From positions 1-64,000 of the forward strand of contig JAUCBJ010007706.1 of assembly GCA_032718475.1 (NCBI GenBank): a stretch of 64,000 nucleotides of DNA, written 5' to 3'. A program made the translations under genes and the position numbers. Within the stretch, counting starts at the first letter, position 1. Each line of letters opens with the position of its first letter. The notes beneath the pieces are model-generated. The model ran no database searches. It was not told the DNA's origin and saw only the letters and a list, made by a program, of their open reading frames with translations. Origin of the DNA: Nemertoderma westbladi (lineage: Eukaryota > Animalia > Xenacoelomorpha). Below are positions 27,952 to 39,625 of this stretch, piece by piece.

Positions 27952-29793
27952 ATGAGGATGTCACCACTATTTGTATTAGTGGGGTTACTCGCCTGCTCCT
28001 CCGTGCATGTTCAGGCTAGTGATCTCTCAGCTACGCAGGAGTTGGAAAATCTTATTGAGAGATTTCTCCATGAACGTGAGTTGGATCTAGCAAGAGGGGA
28101 ATCTAGTGGTGAATCAAATGGTGAATCCAGTGCAGAATCCACTGGTGAATCTTCAGAAGAAGCCGGAGAAGAAGAAAGACGAGGAGAATCTAGTGCTGAA
28201 TCTAATGGTGAATCCAGTGCAGAATCCACTGGTGAATCTTCAGAAGAAGCCGGAGAAGAAGAAAGACGAGGAGAATCTAGTGCTGAATCTAATGGTGAAT
28301 CCAGTGCAGAATCCACTGGTGAATTTTCAGAAGAAGCCGGAGAAGAAGAAAGACGAGGAGAATCTAGTGCTGAATCTAATGGTGAATCCAGTGCAGAATC
28401 CAATGGCGAATCTTCAGAAGAAGCTGGAGAAGAAGAAAGACGAGGAGAATCTAGTGGTGAATCTAATGGTGAATCCAGTGCAGAATCCAATGGCGAATCT
28501 TCAGAAGAAGCCGGAGAAGAAGAAAGACGAGGAGAATCTAGTGCTGAATCTAATGGTGAATCCAGTGCAGAATCCACTGGTGAATCTTCAGAAGAAGCCG
28601 GAGAAGAAGAAAGACGAGGAGAATCTAGTGCTGAATCTAATGGTGAATCCAGTGCAGAATCCACTGGTGAATCTTCAGAAGAAGCTGGTGAAGAAGAAAG
28701 ACGAGGAGAATCTAGTGCTGAATCTAATGGTAAATCCAGTGCAGAATCCACTGGTGAATCTTCAGAAGAAGCCGGAGAAGAAGAAAGACGAGGAGAATCT
28801 AGTGCTGAATCTAATGGTGAATCCAGTGCGGAATCCACTGGTGAATCTTCAGAAGAAGCTGGAGAAGAAGAAGTTAGAAACTTGCAAACATTGAGAGGAG
28901 AGTACATCCGAGGAGTTTCTGAATTACTTGCACATCGTATTTTATCTGATAACAAAGAACGATTATTCTCTAGCAAACCTAAAGATAACACTGGTCTTGT
29001 AGCCAAACTGACTGCGATGGGGAAAGGAGCGATGCTAAAGATCGAACTTGCCAGTTCCAAGGCAGCTATCTTCATCGACTACATGACTCAGGTAAAGGTT
29101 GAGAAATCGGTTAGGGAATTAAATGAAGAAGGTGCTCGTCTTTTCTCCAGCAAAAAATCAACGAAAAAAACCTCAACAAAAGCAAGTTTCTTAAAAGGAG
29201 TGCAGCAGACGCTATCTGCTAACTATAAATCAACCACTGATGCAAACGCCCCTCATCCAGAAGCGATAATCCGTAAATCTGGGTCGAAGCTAACCATTGA
29301 GTATTACAAACCACTACCTGGAAAGAATGGTTACGCCACAGTCAATCTGAGAAGAGGATACAGAAATGCGATCGAAGGTGATATTGGAGCCCCTGAGGAG
29401 ATTTTTGAGAGTCGTCTTTTTGGTTCTAAGTTCTCAAAAGATCCTGGATATCAAGATGTTGTGAAACATTTACAGGCCAAGACGGATATTGGTGTTGTCC
29501 AACTACAACGAACCCGTACCGGATCCCTGACTGGTAAACTTGTCATCACCTACTATTCAGTGAACAAGGAAATCGCTAACCGAGAATATGAGTCTCGATT
29601 ATTCGGCTCCAAGAAGAAACCAGCTGCAACTGCCACCACATCCTCGGCCGATGCTTTGGCTGAGTTTTACAATAAAGTCGGCAACGAATTGAAGAAGGTA
29701 ACCCATGGCATGGCTCTGGTTACTCTCAAGAGCAAGAAGCTGAATTCTGTGGTTTACCGCCCCAAAGGAAGGGCCGGTACGATCACTCCGTAG
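27952..29793 (+). CDS. Secreted 613-aa repetitive protein, probable multi-peptide precursor (acidic Ser/Glu repeats plus four basic modules)
   Basis: Signal peptide MRMSPLFVLVGLLACSSVHVQA; uninterrupted ORF; nine GESSAESNGESSAESTGESSEEAGEEERR-type units; four R-LF(S/G)SK-initiated Lys-rich modules. Confidence 0.88.
   Translation: MRMSPLFVLVGLLACSSVHVQASDLSATQELENLIERFLHERELDLARGESSGESNGESSAESTGESSEEAGEEERRGESSAESNGESSAESTGESSEEAGEEERRGESSAESNGESSAESTGEFSEEAGEEERRGESSAESNGESSAESNGESSEEAGEEERRGESSGESNGESSAESNGESSEEAGEEERRGESSAESNGESSAESTGESSEEAGEEERRGESSAESNGESSAESTGESSEEAGEEERRGESSAESNGKSSAESTGESSEEAGEEERRGESSAESNGESSAESTGESSEEAGEEEVRNLQTLRGEYIRGVSELLAHRILSDNKERLFSSKPKDNTGLVAKLTAMGKGAMLKIELASSKAAIFIDYMTQVKVEKSVRELNEEGARLFSSKKSTKKTSTKASFLKGVQQTLSANYKSTTDANAPHPEAIIRKSGSKLTIEYYKPLPGKNGYATVNLRRGYRNAIEGDIGAPEEIFESRLFGSKFSKDPGYQDVVKHLQAKTDIGVVQLQRTRTGSLTGKLVITYYSVNKEIANREYESRLFGSKKKPAATATTSSADALAEFYNKVGNELKKVTHGMALVTLKSKKLNSVVYRPKGRAGTITP
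28096..28878 (+). repeat. Coding tandem repeat, 9 x 87 bp (29 aa)
   Basis: Frame-preserving 87-bp units with internal 12-bp (xESx) periodicity. Confidence 0.95.
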
Positions 29794-30939
29794 GGACATT
29801 CTGAGAGAAACTATTTATTGGAGAAACTACAAACTGTAATTAGTTACCATAGACAGCCATCGGTTAGATTTTTTGAGTAAAATTATAAAGGTGTTTACAG
29901 TATTGTGTTACATAGTTTGATATAGGCGAGTCGAGTATTCAATTTGTATTCTGTTAGGAATATACAGTACTGTAGGCCTAGTATCTATTCATGCACATGC
30001 AAATTTATCACAAAAGTAGGTCTTATCTTTGCTTGGTATTCCTTAATGTTTGGTTTTCCGAGGACAACTAAACAATTTTGAAAAACAGTTTAACTAATTT
30101 CAATTCAAAGTGTATTCTGCTAATATTAATATATTGCTCCGTTCTTATGGATGTGGCATTAGGCCTATATAAATTTAATTTAAAAATAGAATGTTCCATG
30201 AGGTTCAATTAAAGTTCTAATGTCGGTACAGTAGTACTACATTTGAACTAATATTCAGGTTGGGTCTGTTGATGGATTTACTGTTGAGCGGGGTGGGTCT
30301 AATTGTGGGGTGACGGATTAACCACCCTGGAAGCCACTACTGTACTTACTGTATTACTAAATATAAATTAGTTTTCCTAGGTAGGCCTACTCCTTCCAGC
30401 CTTATTGGCATGCAAAGTACTGTAGTTGCATGTAATTACTTTACAGTACATGCATCTAAATATATGTAAATATCAATGTATTATAATCAAAATATATATC
30501 TCCCCTGGGTAATTCGACCTGAATGAATAGCTCGAGTAAGCCTATGCCGTTCCATATCAATAACTTAAATAGGTAATTAATATAATGTTTTCACACTTGT
30601 GGTGAGATAAACCCCGAACCCCGACACAGTGATGAATCCCAAGTCCGGGATGATAGATGATCTACATAGCGAAAAATATCAATCACCAAACACTACGGTA
30701 TGCACCAAACAAACCCCATTCCACTCGCTTACAGTACATTTTCAGAATGTCTTTGTAGGTAGGCTACTGTGGCGAGTGCTGTGCCGCTCGCCTACACATA
30801 TTCAATTGCGCATCTGCCCCCCCCCCCTCCCTCCTCAGTATCACAACCTGCCTTGGATTTATAACTAAACAACGAAATAATTTCCATTAATGAAACCCTT
30901 TTGAAAGAAGATTCTAAAAAACAACTGTTAAATTTTTAT

Positions 30940-31180
30940 ACATACATTCATACCTTTCTATTTAACAAAGACAATAGATTGGACCTCACATGGTGGGTGG
31001 TTATGTATACCAGTGATGGAATATCTACCACACTACCTCGACAATTTACATAAATTTACAGACAGTTCTTACCCAATTGAAAATTGTTACATTAATATTG
31101 AGCCAAAACTTGAGTGACTTGCAACTGGAAAATCTCAAGTTATTTATTCTTCTTTGGTGGTTTTAATGTAGATACTTTAA
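30940..31180 (+). mobile_element. Highly decayed LINE AP-endonuclease remnant
   Basis: Fragments resembling the GGGVxxY motif (ggtgggtggttatgtat) and the GDFNVD motif (ggtggttttaatgtagat), not in a continuous frame. Confidence 0.3.
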
Positions 31181-32249
31181 AAAGTAACAAAAATTTCTAC
31201 TTGAGTAAAGTTCACAAGTTCTGTATGCTTTACAGTATTGACTGAACTCGAAGCCGCAATGTCTGTATTTTGTCAGCTGTATCTAAAGCTAGTAGGCCTA
31301 CAGTAGGAATATTCTTTAAGTTGAGATACAGTATTTCATACCGTTGCCCTTCTGCAGTCTTTGTAAACAGTTTAGTTTACTCTAAAATAAGCTAAGGGAT
31401 ATTACTGTGGGCTGTGGGGTACTTCTATTGATATGTATATAACAAAAATGAGAATTATAGTGAACTATGTAGCTGGCAATACCCGAGGCGGTTACCCGGT
31501 ATTTCCCGATAATTGAAAAGCCGTTCCGTACAGGTATATTGATCGATAAATAACCAATAAGCTCACGGATCAATATTCCTGTTGTCATACAGGAATTGTT
31601 GATCCATTCAGAAGGAGTTGTCCCCCACTTAATATTACTACTGTCCCGCTCCCAAAAAGCATTCCTTTGATCAAAATGTGTCCATAGAGTAGCAGTGGAA
31701 GTAGCATTGACATTGAAATGACTTTGATGGCAAATTGAAACGACCTTGAAATCGACGGACCGAAATTCCAGACTTTCTGTCTCATATTGAAATGACATTG
31801 AAATGATTTCAAGGTAACAGTTTGCATCTCTTCTGCGGCATGCCTTTGTACTTAGATTCCCGCCAAGAACTGGCTTTTGTTAATGGCCAAGCCGCGATGT
31901 GATTGACAGGGTGGCGGATGGAGCTTGCTTGACTTTGCGTTGATGCTGGACAGCGATTGGATTTACAAAGCAGTATTGTGGAAGTGTCAGACTCAGACTG
32001 AGTCTTGCAGGGCCTATTATTACACTAACAATAGTTAAGAAAACAGCCCTTGGAATATTTTGAAATTATTATTTATTATAAATTAATTTTAATGTTCCTT
32101 AAATCAGAATCAAGGCCAAAGACCTCCATTGGCGTAGCAGCGTGATAAATTCATAAAATATATTTTTAATTATAATTTAATTATACATAACTGTGTGATC
32201 ATAATAAATTCACGTAATTTAGAAATAGTAAGCTAGAAATGTAGGCCTA

Positions 32250-35200
32250 TAGTCGAGTCAATCTAGCAAAAAACCCATAAGAAATTCGCAATCAACCAAA
32301 ACCAAATTTTTTAGGTCCTATATTATTTTGTTATTGCCCAAAAAAAAGTCTATAAAAATATATGGTGCGGAACACATTAAATTCCATGCAAACATATGAC
32401 CTATTTTTGCAATACCAAAAATTGGCTCTTTTTTGATAATTGAGCTAGTTTGCTTTATATTATAACAAGTTACTTGGTAACTGCTCAATAGAACAATTTC
32501 CTATTGTTAGTGATGTAGCTAGCTACTTTTTAGACTAACTTACTACAACCATTTTAATATTATGTAGCATTACAATATGGGTAGTTGGTTTGTTAAGATT
32601 TACTACTATGAAGATTATAGCAATGACACGGCGATTCTACACAAAGAAACCCCATTTGCCAATGTTCTTGACTAGCTTAGACGTTATTATCCTGTAATGT
32701 TTAAACTTAGTTTGCTATATAGAAAATATACAATAGAAAAATTTTGTTTTTAGAAAATTATTATACTTTCTAGAGTCTTTCCAAGTATAAATAACATTAG
32801 ATCAATAGAAAGGAAATACACCAAAAAATTTATTTTATCTTATTGTCAGATAAAATTGTCTTAGATTTTATTACATGTGTTGGAAGAGCATCGAAGTAGA
32901 ACAGGTTTGCATTATTTTGCAAGTAATTTGAGCAAAATCCATGCACAGTGTGCATAGATTTTGCACACACTCAAAAAGTTATTGCAACTTTATTGTCTGC
33001 AAGCCTTCCCTGGTTACTCTAAAACGGAACTCAATATCCAATATTAGTTTATGTAGTGAAGCGGCTCTCTTGTTACGTAGTAAATATTATATAACACTAT
33101 TATTTAACATTGAGTAAGTTTATATAACATGAATTCGTGTTTTATATCAATATTTCCGGTATTACGGGTGCAGGTTGAGGCTTCCTAGCTTGGATCTTTG
33201 AGGGAAAATATCTGTAGTCGTCTTTCATATATACAGTATATTACGACATCGTAACAACTATAGGCTCATCATCCGGGAAAGGATATAAGCAACACTGAGG
33301 AAAACACTAAAACATAGGGTCACCCTATAGGTTGTATGGACACTAATATATACACGCGATGACATAGGGCCTCCCGATCTTACGTACACTGGTCAAGCAA
33401 TAGGCAAAATACATTTACTGTATAGTATGGTACTGTAGATTGCGCAACCACGTGAATTCATTTGATGGTTTGGCCGCTGGTCCTTAATGTTTGTTAACCT
33501 GAACTTTGTAAGTGACAAACATGGGGTGATAATTAATGTCGTTATACGACTATTGACGCGATATACTCGTGCCAACGACTTACTAAGTCGTGCAAACGAC
33601 ATACTAAGTCGTGCGAACGACTTACTAACTCGTGCGAACGACATACTAACTCGTGCGAACGACTTACTAAGTCGTGCGAACGGCATACTAAGTCGTGCGA
33701 ACGACTTAACTAGCTCGTGCGAACGACTTACTAACTTTACTTTGATTGGCTAAATAATACTGGTAATAAAAGTACAACCTTTTTAGCGGGATTTTCAATT
33801 CAATCTGCAGCATTGTTTTTGATGGCATTATTGGTTGAAAATATTATTATCAATGGCTGAACACACTCTGTTAATATCTTAATATATATTCAACCACTTC
33901 ATCATCAATATCACCATCAATAAACCTTAAGTGCAAGTAACGGATCTTGATTGTGTTTTGCAGTTCTCCCCCTTTCATATTCCGCGAGACAGGGGGGGGG
34001 GGTGGGGGGGGGGGGGGGGGGGGGGGGGGGACTGGACGCAAATCCCGCCTTGGCGAATTAATGTCCTGCCGCAATGTTAAATTCTCAATTTAAATGTTAA
34101 ATTCTCAATTTAGGGAAAGGAGCAGCTTACAGTGGCACGTTATTTTAACCAAAACAATAAACACGTTAATGTTACAGTTTTATCAGTTACAGAACAGGTT
34201 ACAGTTTTATTTTTTAGAGTAATCAGTTGTTATTTGCGTCGAATTTCCCCTGGAGAGGGATGAATTTTTATTGCGTCGAGTTTCCCCCCCCCCCTAATCT
34301 GTATTCCGCATCATTTTCATCATTCCGCAATCGTTTTCTCATCTTACGAAAAGTGACATCACATTCCGTATGGTAAACAGTTCCAACCTACTTACTAGCA
34401 AACATCAACACAATGATAATCTTGATAGAACTTATATGCTCCATGTATATCATCTTTCGTGACATACCTAAATGGTGTCGTGTAAAAACAACTTGTTAAA
34501 AAGTTATGAAAATAATTGGAATTATTTGTATATTTATTGAAAAATTATTTGAAACATTGTTTCGAATATTTTTGAATCATGTACACTGTAGGCCTAGGAT
34601 GTATATTGCTCAATGTTCATATTTCGTACTAATAAATTATAATAGTCAATAACTAGATATAATTTGTTAATAATTACAATAATATTTATTTATAATAAAT
34701 TATAATTAATTAATAAATATATTATAATTATTATAATTATTGTTGATTGAATGTATGGTATGTATAATAAAATAAAAAAAAATGTTAATATTTAATAAAT
34801 CATCTTTTAAAAAATTACTAGCTATTGTCGATTAGCTATTGTTCTAGAACACAATATTTTTTTTTATGTTGCAATGAAGTCAGTGGTGATATTACTATGC
34901 AAAAAGTACATCATTTCATTAATTAATATCAAAATACTAAATGCGGAACTCTTTCTAGCCTTCAAAAAATTGAAAAGCCATCACAAAAGATTAGGATATC
35001 TTTTAAAGTACTTTCAAATTATTTTATAAACAGCACTTAATGTTCAAAAAAGTCACCTTGCTAATACAAACCAATAAAGTGTGTTTAAAGAAACATACTA
35101 CATAATAATAAAGTGGTTGTAGTGATTTGTCTAAAAAGTAGCTAGCTACTGTACATCACTAACAATAGGAAATTGTTCTATTGAGCAGTTACCAAGCAAC

Positions 35201-35432
35201 TTGTGTTATAATTAAGCAAACAAATAGCTCCATTACAGAAAGAGCAATTATTGGGTATTGCAAAAATAGGTCATATGTTTGCATGAAATTTAATGTGTTC
35301 CGCAACATATATTTTTATAGACTTTTTTTGGGCAATAACAAGATAATATAGACCCTAAAAAATCTGGTTTTGGTTGATTGCGAATTTCTTATGGGTTGAC
35401 CCCCTTTTTTGGCTAGATTGACTGGACTACTA
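32250..35432. mobile_element. Non-autonomous DNA transposon-like element with ~290-bp imperfect terminal inverted repeats
   Basis: 32250-32545 (tagtcgagtcaatctagc...acccataagaaattcgcaatcaaccaaaacca...) is the reverse complement of ~35125-35432. No transposase ORF is visible inside. Confidence 0.8.
33567..33735. repeat. 21-bp minisatellite, ~8 copies
   Basis: Unit tcgtgcgaacgac(t/a)tactaa(g/c). Confidence 0.9.
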
Positions 35433-36416
35433 GTTAATGAGTGGACACCCTTAAATACCTTCTAAAAAATGTACGTAATTTAATTTTATAATACTCTGAT
35501 AAGGTATTTTTATTGAAACTTAATCTCTTTTAAAGTAAACTATGTACATCATTAGTTACCAACACATCATTAGATTTTAAATCTGTTTATTAACATTATT
35601 GCAATCATATTTTTTTAAATATTAAAAATCAGATTGGGTTATTAATACTTATTAAATTCTGCTCATTCATTTTTAATTAATGGTGGCCAACAAACCACAC
35701 TTGCCCACAGGTCGTTGTAAAGACAAGACTTTCAATATTACCACAGTTATCCCATCCCCTCTCTTGTTGTGGACTATTACTATAGCATTGTACAAGCTGC
35801 GGACCTGCACACCCACACACCCCCCCCCCCCCACACCACCCCATTATAATGTGCAATATAATATAACAATAATAATATAATGTTCAATAAATGTGGCTGT
35901 TTATTTTCTGATAATCGCGGTGAATTATTATAACCTAGGCGGTCAGGTATAAATAATGGTTACAGCTTACAAACCTATGGTATGATATGGACGTGGTGTC
36001 CTGTGTGCTCTGCAGACATCCTACAGTGCACATGGAGCATTTACACACACAGGGAGAGCGAGAGAGAGAGAGAGGGCTGCTTGATTGACACACGGCTCAG
36101 TGGGGATCTAGACTTTGAGGTGCAGCGCCTTTGGTAGAACTCAATGGCAGGATTTATAAGCCTGGTACATTTCAATATTTGATATATCAATGTTTGATGA
36201 AAGGATTGCTTTTTGAGAGCGGGACTGTATCAAAGGAGCAGGTGACAGAGGCATGTTGAGGGAACTAAAACAATAAACGAAAGTTAACACATTTTACAAT
36301 ATTATGCAGGTATTTATAATTGGGGTCTTGAGTCTTTGGAAATATCAAAAATTCATGTATGAAAACAGGAAATTTGATCCGTGAGCTGATTGGTTAATTC
36401 ACGGATCAATATTCCT

Positions 36417-36663
36417 GAATTTGAATTTATTTATTTCCTCAAAATTTATATAAAAAACAACAAACTAAACAATACCACAGAATCTGCTGGGTACTTTGGG
36501 TGGGCCGCCGCTATAGCAGAGCTAGTGTTGCCTTGGCCCACTCACATATAAGGAGGAAAATTTGGCAGGGCAAAAGTGATAAGTGCGGGAATATCATAAA
36601 AACTTAAATCGGTTGGGTGAACTGTGGCAACACTGGAGTGGCATCAGAGTGGTGTTGAGGCAA
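36417..36663 (-). mobile_element. 3' end of another LINE (L2/CR1-like), antisense, abutting RTE copy 1
   Basis: The minus strand reads LPQH..DAT-like terminal residues and a 3'UTR ending in aaataaataaattcaaattca. Confidence 0.35.
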
Positions 36664-37880
36664 TTAGAAGGATAATTGAAGAGTTATCAAAAAAGAAAGA
36701 CAGGCATCTGGCTGTTATCTTTGTTGACTTCTTCAAGGCCTTTGATTCAGTCTCTCGCTCACGTATGTTCAGCATACTTTCATTATATGGGATTCCTGAT
36801 GAAATTATTGCAGCAATCAGATCAGTATACGATGGTTCGACAACATTTGTGTCTACTGTTGATGGTGACACAGAACCATTTGAAGTGTTATGGGGCGTCC
36901 TCCAAGGAGACACACTTGCACCATTCTTGTTCATTATTGTGGTTGACTATGTTCTACGCATGTCCTTAGATCATTATAATGATGATGGGATGGGGTGATG
37001 ATAACTCCACCTACTGGCTCCAGAAGTCGAGGAAATCCTGCCAAGTACCTAACTGATCTAGACTTTGCTGATGACTTAGGAGTCATTAGAATCATTAGAG
37101 GGAGCCCAACGGCTCCTCAGCACATTAGTACATGCTGCTTCTAGTGTTGGTCTTTTTATTAACTCCAGAAAGACCAAAATTCTGACAGTTAACTTTGAAA
37201 GTCCTCAGCAAGTCTCTGATCGGATGAGCATAAGCTCAAAGGATGGTATGCTTGAGCATGTGGACGACTTCTGTTACCTGGGATCATGGATCCGGACGTC
37301 AGGTGAGGACCTTCGAATACGTAAGGGAAAGGCATGGGCAGCCTTGAATAGGCTTTCCAGGATTTGGAAGTCACCGAGAATTAATCGGAAACTTAAGGTC
37401 CGATTATTTGGAGCAGCAGTAGTTCCAGTACTCCTCTACGGGAGTCCATGCTGGGCTCTAACTGCTGAGGACACCAAATCTCTGGATGGCACATTCACAA
37501 GAATGCTACGCCGGGTTCATTGTGTCAAGTACAATGCAGACATCTGCAACCAGACACTATATAACATTGGAGGTGTCTCATTGGTTCCCCCAAGCTTGAC
37601 ACTAGAACAAAATCGCCTCCGCTTTGCAGGACATTGCTTTCGCCGTGAGGACCAGCCAGTGCATAATCTTGTACTTTGGCAGCCTCATGGAGTGAATAAG
37701 CATGGTGGACAGCCCATGACTTTCTTGAGACGCATCTTAAAGGACACTCGCCTTAAAGAAGCGGATGATCTAGCAAATGTCATGGGTGATAGGGAGTTGT
37801 GGCGGTGCAATTTTGTTGACAAGCCGGCACAGCATTCTTAAAAATGCAGCTGCAATGCAGAATACCGATCCTAGTAGTAT
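36664..37880 (+). mobile_element. RTE-clade LINE, 5'-truncated copy 1 (frameshifted)
   Basis: FVDFFKAFDSV, GVLQGDTLAPFLF, LDFADDL, FCYLGSWI, PVLLYGS, RLRFAGHC. Short 3'UTR with a (TAG)n tail. A 5-nt duplication at ~36990 breaks the frame. Confidence 0.93.
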
Positions 37881-38140
37881 TATGTTGCTGTAATTCAATC
37901 TATATATAAGTTGTATGGGGCCAAACTACAGTGATGCATGCTGCATATCACAAGTGTTTATGTTTAACTAACATTCGTAATATTTTTCGACAATCTAACA
38001 CGCTACAGTCATCACAGCTGCATATCATCACAAGTGTTTAACACAGTTTTAACACTCCTACGCAACAAAAATTGTATCAAACCTTAATTGCTTTATCCCT
38101 TGATTTCGTACCTTAAGAGCTAAAATGTTTACAGAGTCAG

Positions 38141-38993
38141 ACACGTAGAAGTCTGGAATGACATCAGTTCGGATACAGAGTACACGTAGAAGTCTGGAAT
38201 GACATCAGTTCGGATACAGAGTACACGTAGAAGTCTGGAATGACATCAGTTCGGATACAGAGTACACGTAGAAGTCTGGAATGACATCAGTTCGGATACA
38301 GAGTACACGTAGAAGTCTGGAATGACATCAGTTCGGATACAGAGTACACGTAGAAGTCTGGAATGACATCAGTTCGGATACAGAGTACACGTAGAAGTCT
38401 GGAATGACATCAGTTCGGATACAGAGTACACGTAGAAGTCTGGAATGACATCAGTTCGGATACAGAGTACACGTAGAAGTCTGGAATGACATCAGTTCGG
38501 ATACAGAGTACACGTAGAAGTCTGGAATGACATCAGTTCGGATACAGAGTACACGTAGAAGTCTGGAATGACATCAGTTCGGATACAGAGTACACGTAGA
38601 AGTCTGGAATGACATCAGTTCGGATACAGAGTACACGTAGAAGTCTGGAATGACATCAGTTCGGATACAGAGTACACGTAGAAGTCTGGAATGACATCAG
38701 TTCGGATACAGAGTACACGTAGAAGTCTGGAATGACATCAGTTCGGATACAGAGTACACGTAGAAGTCTGGAATGACATCAGTTCGGATACAGAGTACAC
38801 GTAGAAGTATGGAATGACATCAGTTCGGATACAGAGTACACGTAGAAGTATGGAATGACATCAGTTCGGATACAGAGTACACGTAGAAGTCTGGAATGAC
38901 ATCAGTTCGGATACAGAGTACACGTAGAAGTCTGGAATGACATCAGTTCGGATACAGAGTACACGTAGAAGTCTGGAATGACATCAGTTCGGA
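38141..38993. repeat. 41-bp minisatellite, ~21 nearly identical copies
   Basis: Unit acacgtagaagtctggaatgacatcagttcggatacagagt, no spacers. Confidence 0.96.
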
Positions 38994-39294
38994 TTAAAAA
39001 AAACGCCCTCAATTGAGCAATTTGATAAAATTGACTTGAATAAAATTCTCTTATTAGTAAAAGCTTTTGCTGCTACCAATTATTTAAAACCTAGGCAATT
39101 GCTGATGCCTATTTACTAAACTAATCAGCATTTGAGAAAACAGAAAGTTGTACATGCGTGATTACAGTAGTATGCAATAGAACAATGCACGAGTCAGCGA
39201 ACTGCTATTAATTCAGTAATTCAGTAATTATCAGTTTACTGGGACTGGCTGCAGACGCGGTGGCGTCGGAAGACTACCTGCAGTATTACCGTAG

Positions 39295-39620
39295 CATGAG
39301 GACATGCACTGGCTCGTCCTCACTGAAAGGATATAATGTCCTGCAAAGCGGTGGAGGCTGCCCTGATCCAGTGTCAAGCTTGGTCGCACTAAAGAGACAG
39401 CTCCAGTGCTGTGTACGTACAGGTCACACTAATGAGACACCTCCAGTGCTGTGTACGTACAGGTCGCACTAATGAGAGACCTCCAGTGCTGTTTACGTAC
39501 AGGTCGCACTACTGAGACACCTCCAGTGCGTGTGCGTACAGGTCGCACTAATGAGACACCTCCAGTGCTGTGTACGTACAGGTCGCACTAATGAGACACT
39601 TCCAGTGCTGTGTACGTGTG
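39295..39620 (-). repeat. Diverged antisense RTE fragment grading into a 40-bp minisatellite (array resumes at 41439-41513)
   Basis: atgcactggctcgtcctcac...aatgtcctgcaaagcgg...agtgtcaagcttgg...aatgagacacctcca matches the reverse complement of the RTE 3' region (e.g. 37560-37670). Unit caggtcgcactaatgagacacctccagtgctgtgtacgta. Confidence 0.8.
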
Positions 39621-39625
39621 TACGT

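Noticed and set aside
28011-29075. Antisense 354-aa ORF and alternative-frame 262-aa ORF (28106..28894)
   Set aside because: Shadow frames of the 87-bp coding repeat; only the 27952 frame has a signal peptide and a unique C-terminus.
31382-31827. Minus-strand ORFs of 138 and 80 aa
   Set aside because: They overlap a dispersed repeat/hairpin also present at 36190-36420 and show no recognisable protein motif.
33393-33753. Repetitive ORFs (SRANDLL / FARLSKS)
   Set aside because: Translation of a 21-bp minisatellite inside a transposon-like element.
33992-34030. Long poly-G run / poly-Pro ORF
   Set aside because: A simple homopolymer, G-quadruplex-capable but also error-prone in sequencing; no coding support.
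38141-38993. CRISPR-like appearance of the 41-, 44- and 49-bp arrays
   Set aside because: The units are contiguous with no unique spacers, there are no cas genes, and the context is eukaryotic.
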